Below, in pieces: positions 10,064 through 17,956 of a stretch of DNA of 64,000 bases. How positions within the stretch are numbered: the stretch's first letter is position 1; every line of letters starts with the position of its first letter. The stretch covers positions 16,026 to 80,025 of the forward strand of contig DFNJ01000033.1 of the NCBI GenBank assembly GCA_002376005.1. Direction: 5' to 3'. The notes below the pieces were generated by a model, which did no database searches, was not told the DNA's origin, and worked only from the letters and a program-made list of their open reading frames with translations. This DNA is from Firmicutes bacterium UBA3570 (GTDB lineage: Bacteria; Bacillota; Sulfobacillia; UBA3561). The position numbers were made by a program, and so were the translations under genes.

Positions 10064-10941
10064 ACGCTCACCGCCACCCATCGGTCGTCCTGGTGGTAGT
10101 GGTCATCCTTCTCGCGGCCGGTGGGTTTTCCGAATGGTACCATCAGGCAGTGGATCAGCCCGACCCACCAGCTGACGGAGCCGCAACCGTCCCGGAGCCT
10201 CGAGATCCGTCGCCGGCCTACCTGGATGCGGACGTTCTTTTCTCCGCCGGACTGCATCCCCACCGCCTGGAAAACCCCTCGCCCTTGCTGGCGGTGGTCA
10301 TCGACGATCTGGGCTGGGGTGCGGCAGTGATTCGAGACCTGCTGGAGGCAGGGATTCCCCTCACCTGCACGGTGCTTCCCGATGGACCGTTCACTGCCCG
10401 CGACGCGCAGCTGGTACTGCGGGCGGGTCACGACCTGTTTCTGCACGTCCCCATGGAACCGCTGCAACCGCGACCCCATGCGGGACGCATAATAACCTGC
10501 GGGGCCGATCCCCACAAGGTGCGCCAGCTACTGGAGGACTGGCTGGCGCAGGTCCCGGGGGCGGTGGGGATCAGCAATCACATGGGCTCGCGGGCCTGTG
10601 CCGATCCGGGCATCGTGGACGTCCTGCTGGACGTGGCCGCCGAGCACGGTTTGCTGGTGTTGGATTCCCGCACCAGTCCCCGTTCTCTCATAGCAGCGCG
10701 GGCGCGGGAACGGGGTCTGATTGCCTTTGAGAACTGTCTCTTTCTGGACAACCAGCGGGATTTTGAGGCCATCAAGCGCCAGCTGCGTAAGGCGGTGGAG
10801 TGGGCACGGCGCCATGGTCACGCGGTGGTGATCGGGCATCCCCACGAGAGCATGCTCAGGGCGTTGCGATGGCTGGTGACCGAGCTGCCCGCCCTGGGTG
10901 TCCGACCGGTGAAGCTCTCCGAAATCGCCACTGGCCGATGA
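10060..10941 (+). CDS. Divergent polysaccharide deacetylase family protein (YibQ-like)
   Basis: N-terminal TM, AVVIDDLG, LHVPMEP, GISNHMGS, LDSRTS, FLDN, VIGHPH. Confidence 0.9.
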   Translation: MNAHRHPSVVLVVVVILLAAGGFSEWYHQAVDQPDPPADGAATVPEPRDPSPAYLDADVLFSAGLHPHRLENPSPLLAVVIDDLGWGAAVIRDLLEAGIPLTCTVLPDGPFTARDAQLVLRAGHDLFLHVPMEPLQPRPHAGRIITCGADPHKVRQLLEDWLAQVPGAVGISNHMGSRACADPGIVDVLLDVAAEHGLLVLDSRTSPRSLIAARARERGLIAFENCLFLDNQRDFEAIKRQLRKAVEWARRHGHAVVIGHPHESMLRALRWLVTELPALGVRPVKLSEIATGR

Positions 10942-10951
10942 GCCCGGTGCC

Positions 10952-10980
10952 TTGACATGGGCCCAGAGGAAAATTATAAT
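10952..10980 (+). promoter_or_regulatory. Consensus sigma-A promoter
   Basis: TTGACA (10952-10957), 17-bp spacer, TATAAT (10975-10980). Confidence 0.9.
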
Positions 10981-10984
10981 GAAA

Positions 10985-11090
10985 GTCAGGGCTTGTATGG
11001 CGGCAGGAGCAGAGGAAGTTTGCGCCTAGATCGTAAATCTCTTGCACCCATCTGACCCGACCCGCTGATCGTGGGACGGGTCAGGTTTTC
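10985..11090 (+). ncRNA. Candidate structured leader RNA or sRNA (unassigned)
   Basis: Lies between consensus promoter and terminator hairpin; stems ATGG/CCAT and GCAGGAG/CTCTTGC; I could not match it to a known riboswitch family. Confidence 0.45.
11052..11089 (+). terminator. Intrinsic terminator-like hairpin upstream of PGM operon
   Basis: CTGACCCG/CGGGTCAG (8 bp) + CCCGC/GTGGG (5 bp), loop TGATC, followed by GTTTT (short T tract). Confidence 0.65.
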
Positions 11091-11124
11091 CCGGGTATAT
11101 AACTGGCCGAGGAGGCGGGATGAG

Positions 11125-12594
11125 TTGCGCAGCAGTGCTGGACGCAGGTGGTTGCTGCCGGAGGGATACCAGGTCAAGTTCGGAACCGATGGATGGCGCG
11201 GCATCATTGCCGATGATTTCACCTTTGGGATGGTCAGACTGGTGGCCCGGGCCATCGCCGAGTACGTGGTCAGCCGCGGGGGTCCGGGCCAGGCGGTGGC
11301 CGTCGGCTACGACACCCGATTCATGGGGGCGGAGTTTGCGCTCCAGGTGGCCTCTAGCCTGCGGGACGCCGGGCTGAAGGCTCTGTTGTCGGAAGGATGG
11401 ATCCCCACTCCCGCGCTGTCGTGTGCGGTGATCGATGGGGGACTGGCGGGAGGCGTGATGGTCACGGCGAGCCACAACCCCGCCCGATACAACGGGATAA
11501 AGTTCAAGCCTCCTTACGGCGGTTCGGCCACCCGGGAAGTTACTGATGAAATCGAACGCATCGCCAACGCCCTGCTGGAGAGGGGCTTGCCCCCGTCGCG
11601 CCATGGGGGTACCATCCAGCGGGTATCCATGGCCGAGGGATACTTCCGCCGTCTGGCCCGGGTGGTGGATTTCCAGCTGTTACGCTCTGCACCCTTACGG
11701 GTGGCAGTGGATCCCATGCACGGTGCCACCATGGGATACCTGCAGGAGGCGTTTCACAGAGCGGGCTGCGAGGTCCTGGCGGTGGGCGATCAGCCCAACC
11801 CGGCCTTCGGCGGCCGTCACCCTGAGCCCATTGCTGAGCACCTCAAGCAGCTGATGGAGCTGGTGCCCCGGGAGGGGGTCGATCTGGGGGTGGCCTGTGA
11901 CGGCGACGGTGACCGGGTTGGCCTGGTGGATGAGCAGGGCAATTTCGTCAACTCCCACCAGATATTCGCCATCCTGCTGATTCATCTGGTAAAGAACCGT
12001 GATTGGCGGGGTGGAGTGGTGAAGACCATTTCCACTACCTCCATGATTGACATACTGGCGCGGCAATACCAGCTGCCACTGTTCGAGACCCCGGTGGGGT
12101 TCAAGCACATATGCCGCCTCATGTTGGAGAAAGATATACTCATGGGTGGCGAGGAGAGTGGGGGGTTGGGCTTCAAGGGGCACATTCCGGAGCGCGACGG
12201 GATCCTCTCCGCTCTGCTGGTGGCGGAGCGGATGGTGGCAGAACAGAAGTCCCTCGCCCAGCTGATCGAGGATCTGGAGGCTCGGGTGGGACCTCACCAT
12301 TATCGCCGGCGCGATGTTCACGTCCCGGCCAGCGCGCGGGAGGCCATCCTGGAGGAGCTTCGTCTTCGTCCGCCGCGGGAGGTAGCGGGCAGGACCGTGG
12401 ATCGATTGCAGTGCACGGACGGATTCAAGTTCCACTTCACGGACAGCAGTTGGCTACTGGTCCGACCTTCGGGGACCGAGCCGCTGGTGCGGCTGTACGC
12501 GGAAGCGGCCGATCCCCGTCAAGTAGAGGCGTACCTCGATGCTGCGTACGGCTGGCTGCGAGAACGGGCGCATGCGGCTGATGAAGGAATCTGA
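11125..12594 (+). CDS. Phosphoglucomutase/phosphomannomutase family protein (start uncertain, 11071-11152)
   Basis: KFGTDGWRG, TASHNP catalytic Ser, DGDGDR metal loop, GGEESGG, VRPSGTEPLVRLYAE. Confidence 0.92.
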   Translation: MRSSAGRRWLLPEGYQVKFGTDGWRGIIADDFTFGMVRLVARAIAEYVVSRGGPGQAVAVGYDTRFMGAEFALQVASSLRDAGLKALLSEGWIPTPALSCAVIDGGLAGGVMVTASHNPARYNGIKFKPPYGGSATREVTDEIERIANALLERGLPPSRHGGTIQRVSMAEGYFRRLARVVDFQLLRSAPLRVAVDPMHGATMGYLQEAFHRAGCEVLAVGDQPNPAFGGRHPEPIAEHLKQLMELVPREGVDLGVACDGDGDRVGLVDEQGNFVNSHQIFAILLIHLVKNRDWRGGVVKTISTTSMIDILARQYQLPLFETPVGFKHICRLMLEKDILMGGEESGGLGFKGHIPERDGILSALLVAERMVAEQKSLAQLIEDLEARVGPHHYRRRDVHVPASAREAILEELRLRPPREVAGRTVDRLQCTDGFKFHFTDSSWLLVRPSGTEPLVRLYAEAADPRQVEAYLDAAYGWLRERAHAADEGI

Positions 12595-12617
12595 AGTTGG
12601 ATGGGAGGTGAAGCACC

Positions 12618-13784
12618 GTGGTCAAGAACATGAGGCTGCGGGTTGCCTACCTGAGCACGTTCCCGCCGCGGCAGTGTGGTCTTGCCACCTTCACGCAGGA
12701 CCTCACGGCGGCGATCAACGACCACGGGCTGTTCGAGCCCGCCAGGATCATCGCCATGATCAATGGCGATGCGCGACAATATCCCGCCAACGTCCGATTC
12801 CTGATCCGCGAAGATGACCCTGATGATTACGTCAAGGCAGCGGAATACGTGCACAAGGCAGGCATCGATCTGGTCAGTCTTCAACATGAGTTCGGCATCT
12901 TCGGTGGCGAAGATGGGGAGTACATTCTGCGTTTCCTGCGCGCGTGTCGGGTGCCCGTCATCGCCACCATGCACACCATCTTGCAGAGGCCGTCGCCCCG
13001 GCAGCGCCGGATTGTCAGAGAAATTGCCAAACATAGCCAGGTGCTGGTGTCGTTGTGCCGCAAGGGGGTGGACTTCCTGACTCAGATTTATGGAGTGCCC
13101 CGGGATAGGCTGGTCCACATCCCCCACGGCGTGCCGGTACCGCCCAATAGCTGTCCCGATGAGGCGAAACGGAAGCTGGGGCTGGAAGGCCGTCAGCTGA
13201 TCACCAGCTTCGGGCTCATCGGGCCGGGCAAGGGCATCGAGGTGATGCTGAAGGCCATGCGCGACGTGGTGCGGGCCTGCCCCCGGGCACTGTACCTGGT
13301 GCTGGGTAGAACCCACCCCAGGGTGCAGCGGCAGTGGAAAGAATCCTATCGGGAATGGCTGGTCGACCTGGCGCGACAGCTGGGGATTTCAGACTACGTC
13401 CGCTTCGTCAATCGCTACCTGACCAGGTCGGAGTTGCTGGAGTATCTGGTGGCCAGCGACGTGGTGGTGACTCCGCACCTGAGTAGGGAACAGGTGTCCA
13501 GCGGTACGCTGACCTACGCCCTCGCCTTGGGAAAGGCCATCGTGTCCACTCCCTTTCACTACGCGGTGGAAATGCTGGCCGGACGCAAGGGATTGCTGGC
13601 CCGGTTCGCGGACCCGAGGTCACTGGCCGAATGCGTCAGGAGGATCCTCACCGACTCTGAGTTGAGGCGTTCGCTGGAGCAGGGGGCAGCGAGGACAGGA
13701 CGGCGGCTGTTCTGGCCATCTGTGGCCTGGGACTACTGCCGGCTGTTCTCCCAGGTGATGGCCATGACTGCGTCTGCCAGCTGA
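12618..13784 (+). CDS. GT4 glycosyltransferase
   Basis: STFPPRQCGLATFT, QHEFGIFGG, FGLIGPGKGIE, SSGTLTYA; GGAGGTG RBS. Confidence 0.88.
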   Translation: MVKNMRLRVAYLSTFPPRQCGLATFTQDLTAAINDHGLFEPARIIAMINGDARQYPANVRFLIREDDPDDYVKAAEYVHKAGIDLVSLQHEFGIFGGEDGEYILRFLRACRVPVIATMHTILQRPSPRQRRIVREIAKHSQVLVSLCRKGVDFLTQIYGVPRDRLVHIPHGVPVPPNSCPDEAKRKLGLEGRQLITSFGLIGPGKGIEVMLKAMRDVVRACPRALYLVLGRTHPRVQRQWKESYREWLVDLARQLGISDYVRFVNRYLTRSELLEYLVASDVVVTPHLSREQVSSGTLTYALALGKAIVSTPFHYAVEMLAGRKGLLARFADPRSLAECVRRILTDSELRRSLEQGAARTGRRLFWPSVAWDYCRLFSQVMAMTASAS

Positions 13785-13795
13785 ATGGAGGGGAG

Positions 13796-14155
13796 ATGAA
13801 TGCCATGAAGCGGGTGGAGAAGCCGTGGGGATGGGAGCTGTGGTGGGCGGTCACTGATCGATACGTGGGCAAGGTGATTCACGTCCGGGCCGGCGAGGCC
13901 CTCAGCCTGCAGTACCATCAGAGGAAGAAAGAGAGCATGCTGTTTTGGGAAGGCGAGGGCGTACTCACCCTGGGTGATGCTGAGCGACGGGTGCGGCCCA
14001 TGGAAGCTGTAACCATCGAGCCTGGCACCGTTCACCGCATCAGGGCGATCACCGACCTGACCTTCATGGAGGTATCCACACCCGAAGTCGACGATGTGGT
14101 GCGATTGGCCGATGATTACGGTCGTGCCGCATCATCCCCTACGGAAACCTCATAG
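13796..14155 (+). CDS. Stand-alone cupin resembling type II mannose-6-phosphate isomerase domain
   Basis: EKPWG, LSLQYH...K.E, PGTVHRI, DDVVRLADDYGR. Confidence 0.75.
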   Translation: MNAMKRVEKPWGWELWWAVTDRYVGKVIHVRAGEALSLQYHQRKKESMLFWEGEGVLTLGDAERRVRPMEAVTIEPGTVHRIRAITDLTFMEVSTPEVDDVVRLADDYGRAASSPTETS

Positions 14156-14158
14156 GAG

Positions 14159-15235
14159 GTGTTCCTCATGCCCAAGCTCCCTGAGCTGGACCTCTCTCAC
14201 CTGGATCGCATGACCGATGACACTGGAATTATCCAGCATGCTTTCTACGGGATCCCGGACCGGCGCACCGGCTACACCACCGACGACAACGCCCGGGCGT
14301 TCCTGGTGGCCCTCAAGCTGCACGAGCTGTACGGCAGCCGGCGGGCCGAGGAGCTCGCTGCCGTGTACCTGGCGTTCCTGTGCCACGCTCAGCGCGAGGA
14401 CGGGCGCTTTCACAACTTCATGGATTATGAGCGCCGGTTCGTGGATGAGGTGGGGTCGGAAGACTGTTTCGGCAGGTGCCTGTGGGCCCTGGGTTACTGC
14501 ATCGCCTGCCGCGGCAGAGACCTCTTCGGTGTTGCTGCGGCGGAGATGTTCAGGCGGGCGTTACCGTGGGTGGAGCGTTTGAGGGCACCTCGGGGTAAGG
14601 CATTTTCCCTGCGGGGGCTGTACCATTACTGGCAGGCCCACCCGGATAGCGAAGCGATACGGCGAATGTGCACCCACCTGGCCAACGACCTGGTGATGAG
14701 TTTCAGGCGCAACAGCGGACCCGAGTGGCAGTGGTTTGAGCGGCAGTTGACCTATGACAACGGCATACTACCCAGCGCCCTGATGGTCGCCTATCGTGTC
14801 ACCGGGAAGGCCACTTTTCTGGAAGTGGGACGGAAGGCCCTGGAATTTCTCCACCGGATGGTGATGCCCAGCGGGATCCTAGAACCCATAGGCAACCGCG
14901 GTTGGGCCACCGCCGACGGCTACCGGGCGGAGTTCGATCAGCAGCCGCTGGAGGCGGGCTCCATGGTGGATGCCTATCTGTGCGCTTGGAACGTCACCAA
15001 GGACACTCGGTACTTGAAATACGCCACCCAGGCCTTCGGGTGGTTCCTCGGCCGCAACCGCCACGGGATCTGGATTTACGACTCGGAAACTGGTGGATGC
15101 CGGGATGGACTGACGCCCACCGGGCTAAACTTAAACCAGGGAGCGGAGTCGCTCCTCACCTACTTGTGGGCGTGGGTCAGCCTGCAGGAAGTGCAGCGGG
15201 ACCGCCGCAGCCGCGTGGCCGGCGAGGGGAGGTGA
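14159..15235 (+). CDS. Uncharacterised (alpha/alpha)6-barrel-like protein usually paired or fused with this GT4 subfamily
   Basis: HLDRMTDDTGIIQHA, GYTTDDNARA, EDCFGR, FDQQPLE, WFLGRN, CRDGL, NQGAES. Confidence 0.7.
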   Translation: MFLMPKLPELDLSHLDRMTDDTGIIQHAFYGIPDRRTGYTTDDNARAFLVALKLHELYGSRRAEELAAVYLAFLCHAQREDGRFHNFMDYERRFVDEVGSEDCFGRCLWALGYCIACRGRDLFGVAAAEMFRRALPWVERLRAPRGKAFSLRGLYHYWQAHPDSEAIRRMCTHLANDLVMSFRRNSGPEWQWFERQLTYDNGILPSALMVAYRVTGKATFLEVGRKALEFLHRMVMPSGILEPIGNRGWATADGYRAEFDQQPLEAGSMVDAYLCAWNVTKDTRYLKYATQAFGWFLGRNRHGIWIYDSETGGCRDGLTPTGLNLNQGAESLLTYLWAWVSLQEVQRDRRSRVAGEGR

Positions 15236-15242
15236 ACGGGTA

Positions 15243-15461
15243 TTGTCCGGGCCCAAGGATGTGGTCCTGGCGCAAACTGTACGCTCGTTGCTCGATGCCA
15301 ATCGCCAGCTGGGTGCTTGCATGATAAAGGTCAAGGCACAGGACGGGGCCATCTGGTTGAGTGGCCGGGTCAACACCCCGGGGGAGCGCGCGGTGGCGGA
15401 ACAGATCGCCCGCAGCGTGGTGGGTGTGCGCAACGTCATCAATGAACTAACGGTTAGCTGA
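15243..15461 (+). CDS. Single BON domain protein
   Basis: I.V...DG.V.LSG.V.......AE.IARSV.GV..V.N.L pattern; GGAGGTG RBS 8 nt before TTG. Confidence 0.8.
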   Translation: MSGPKDVVLAQTVRSLLDANRQLGACMIKVKAQDGAIWLSGRVNTPGERAVAEQIARSVVGVRNVINELTVS

Positions 15462-15499
15462 ACGGAGCAACCTGGCGGAAAGCAGGTGAGGAAGCAACA

Positions 15500-17863
15500 G
15501 TGGAGTACGGTCGCTTCAGCGATGACGGCAGGGAGTACATCATCTTTCGTCCGGACACACCAAGACCGTGGATCAACTATCTGACCAACGGCAGATACTG
15601 CGCGCTGATTTCCCACACCGGGGGCGGGTACTCATTTCACCAAAGCTCGGGATACAACCGCCTCACCAGGGCTCACCCGGCCCAGATGAACGTGACGGAT
15701 CAGCCGGGCCGTTACCTGTACCTGCGGGATGGAGAGACCGACGAGTTCTGGACGGTGAACTGGCAACCGGTACGCCGCGCCCTGACGCGCTGGGAGGCCA
15801 GGCATGCTCCAGGGTGGACTCGGATTTCTTGTTCCCACCGCGACGTCGAGGCGGTGGTCACTTACTTCGTACCCCTGGACGATGACGTGGAGCTGTGGCG
15901 AGTTACCCTGCGTAATCACAGCGACCAGCGGCGGCGTCTGGGGATATTCGGTTTCGTGGAATGGTGCCTCGGCTCATACGCCTTCGATTTGCTGGAGAAC
16001 AGCTTCGCCAATCTGTTCAATGAACTTGCCTTCAGAGACGAGGTGATCCTGGCCACCAAGCGGCTGTGGGAAGCAGGGCGGCGACCCAGCAAGCCGCTGG
16101 CAGGGTGGGATCGCTGGACATTCTTCGCCATGAGCGAGCCGGTGACCAGCTACGATGTCCTGAGGGACCATTTCCTGGGAGGCGGCGGGCTGGAGGCGCC
16201 GGCTGCCGTGGTCAGAGGACGTTGCAGTAACGTGGTGGCATCGGGCCGCGACGCGGTGGCCGTCCTGCACGCGGAGCTGGAAATGGACCCCGCCCAGGAT
16301 CGGGAAGTAACCTTCGTCCTGGGGGTGGCCCCCGACCCCGAGGAGGCCATCAGCAGGGCGGCTCGGTACCGCGATCGCGGGGAGGTGGAGCGGGCCTGGC
16401 AGCACCTGTGCTCGTACTGGGACCGGTATCTGGGGCGACTGTGGGTGCAGACCCCCGACGAGGATATGAACCTGGCGGTGAACATATGGAACAAGTATCA
16501 GGCTTGGGTCACCGCCTGGTGGGCGCGGATGGCCTCGTATTATGTGGGCGGCGGTTCCATTGCCGGATTCCGCGATACCTGCCAGGACATCCTGGGGATC
16601 CTGCCCCTGGAGCCTGACCGCGCCCGCCGGACGTTGCTGGAGTTACACCGGCACCAGTTCGCCGACGGAGGGTGCCTTCACAACTGGGACCCGGTTACCG
16701 ACCGGGGCCCCCGCACCGGGCATTCCGATGACCCCCTGTGGCTGGTCCTGGGCACTGTTGCCTATCTCAACGAGACCGGCGACATGACGCTGCTGGACGA
16801 ACGGGTTCCCTTCTACGACCAGGGGGATGGCTCCGTATGGGAGCACCTGATGAGGGCAGTGGACTTCACCCTCTCGCGGTTCAGCGCGCGGGGGCTGCCG
16901 CTGATGGGGGCGGGCGACTGGAACGACGGATTGAACTGCGTGGGCGAAGCCGGCCGGGGAGAGAGCATCATGGTGGCGGCGCATCTCTGCTGGACGCTCA
17001 GGGACCTGGCACCGCTGGCCCAGCTGCGCGGGGATGACCGCACGGCACACAGGTGCCGGCGGATGGCCGCCGACATCGCGAAGAAGGTGAACGAGCTCTG
17101 CTGGACCGGCGAGTGGTACCTGCGGGCCTTCACCGATGATGGCGAGCCGGTGGGGCATCCTTCCTGCCGGGAGGGCAAGATCTACCTCAACGCTCAGACC
17201 TGGGCAGTTCTCTCCGGCATAGCGACCAGGGAGCGGGCATTGGCCGCCATGGACAGCTGCCACCGCCACCTGGATACACCGTATGGTCCCGCGCTGTTTC
17301 TTCCCGCCTACCGCCAGCCCGATGACCGTTTGGGGATCATCAGCCGATTTGCTCCCGGGTGCAAGGAAAACGGGACCATTTTCAACCACACAGTGGCCTG
17401 GGCGGTGATCGCCGAATGCACGTTGAAGCGGCCGGAGCACGCCTATAAGTGGTGGCGGAACAGCTCCTTCGTGGTGCGGGGCCGTGATGTGGCATCCTAC
17501 CAGGCGGAGCCCTATGTGTACGCGGAGTACGTGCACGGTCCCGACTCGCCATTTTTCGGGCGGGGGGAATTTACCTGGACTACCGGTACCGCTGCCTGGA
17601 TGTGGCGGGCGTGCCTGGACTGGATCCTGGGCGTCAGGCCAGAACTGGAGGGGTTGAGGATTGCCCCCTGCATACCTCCCAGCTGGGCCGGATACGAGAT
17701 GACCCGACCCTTCCGCGGGGCGGACTACCTCATCAGGGTGAAAAACCAGGGCAGCGGTTGTTCGGTGAGAGAGGTGAAGGTGAACGGCAAATCTCTGTCC
17801 GACAATTTGGTGCCCCCACAACCGGGGGCTGGCCCCCATCTGGTGGAGGTGGTGCTCGCGTAG
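15500..17863 (+). CDS. GH94 glycoside phosphorylase (cellobiose/chitobiose phosphorylase-like; substrate unknown)
   Basis: TPRPWINYL, GFRDTCQD, SDDPLWL, GDWND catalytic Asp, GESIMVA, NAQTWAV, KENG..F.H, WTTGTAAW. Confidence 0.9.
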   Translation: MEYGRFSDDGREYIIFRPDTPRPWINYLTNGRYCALISHTGGGYSFHQSSGYNRLTRAHPAQMNVTDQPGRYLYLRDGETDEFWTVNWQPVRRALTRWEARHAPGWTRISCSHRDVEAVVTYFVPLDDDVELWRVTLRNHSDQRRRLGIFGFVEWCLGSYAFDLLENSFANLFNELAFRDEVILATKRLWEAGRRPSKPLAGWDRWTFFAMSEPVTSYDVLRDHFLGGGGLEAPAAVVRGRCSNVVASGRDAVAVLHAELEMDPAQDREVTFVLGVAPDPEEAISRAARYRDRGEVERAWQHLCSYWDRYLGRLWVQTPDEDMNLAVNIWNKYQAWVTAWWARMASYYVGGGSIAGFRDTCQDILGILPLEPDRARRTLLELHRHQFADGGCLHNWDPVTDRGPRTGHSDDPLWLVLGTVAYLNETGDMTLLDERVPFYDQGDGSVWEHLMRAVDFTLSRFSARGLPLMGAGDWNDGLNCVGEAGRGESIMVAAHLCWTLRDLAPLAQLRGDDRTAHRCRRMAADIAKKVNELCWTGEWYLRAFTDDGEPVGHPSCREGKIYLNAQTWAVLSGIATRERALAAMDSCHRHLDTPYGPALFLPAYRQPDDRLGIISRFAPGCKENGTIFNHTVAWAVIAECTLKRPEHAYKWWRNSSFVVRGRDVASYQAEPYVYAEYVHGPDSPFFGRGEFTWTTGTAAWMWRACLDWILGVRPELEGLRIAPCIPPSWAGYEMTRPFRGADYLIRVKNQGSGCSVREVKVNGKSLSDNLVPPQPGAGPHLVEVVLA

Positions 17864-17877
17864 CCGGGGCTGATTTA

Positions 17878-17886
17878 TGGTATAAT
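17878..17886 (+). promoter_or_regulatory. Extended -10 promoter for uvrB
   Basis: TGG-TATAAT about 70 nt upstream of uvrB start; no clear -35. Confidence 0.6.
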
Positions 17887-17956
17887 TGTATCCCGAGGGC
17901 TGGGGAGCGTCCTCGCTCTCCGGCCTTTTGACGCCGTCGCGAAGGTGTGCTTTGCT

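Noticed and set aside
10975-11045. Purine-riboswitch-like words (TATAAT, TATGGC, AAGTTT, CGTAAAT in order)
   Set aside because: Spacing is wrong, the TTTCTACC core and P2/P3 stems are missing, and TATAAT is better explained as the -10 box
17864-17956. LexA/SOS box upstream of uvrB
   Set aside because: No GAAC-N4-GTTC match; best candidate has about 4 mismatches
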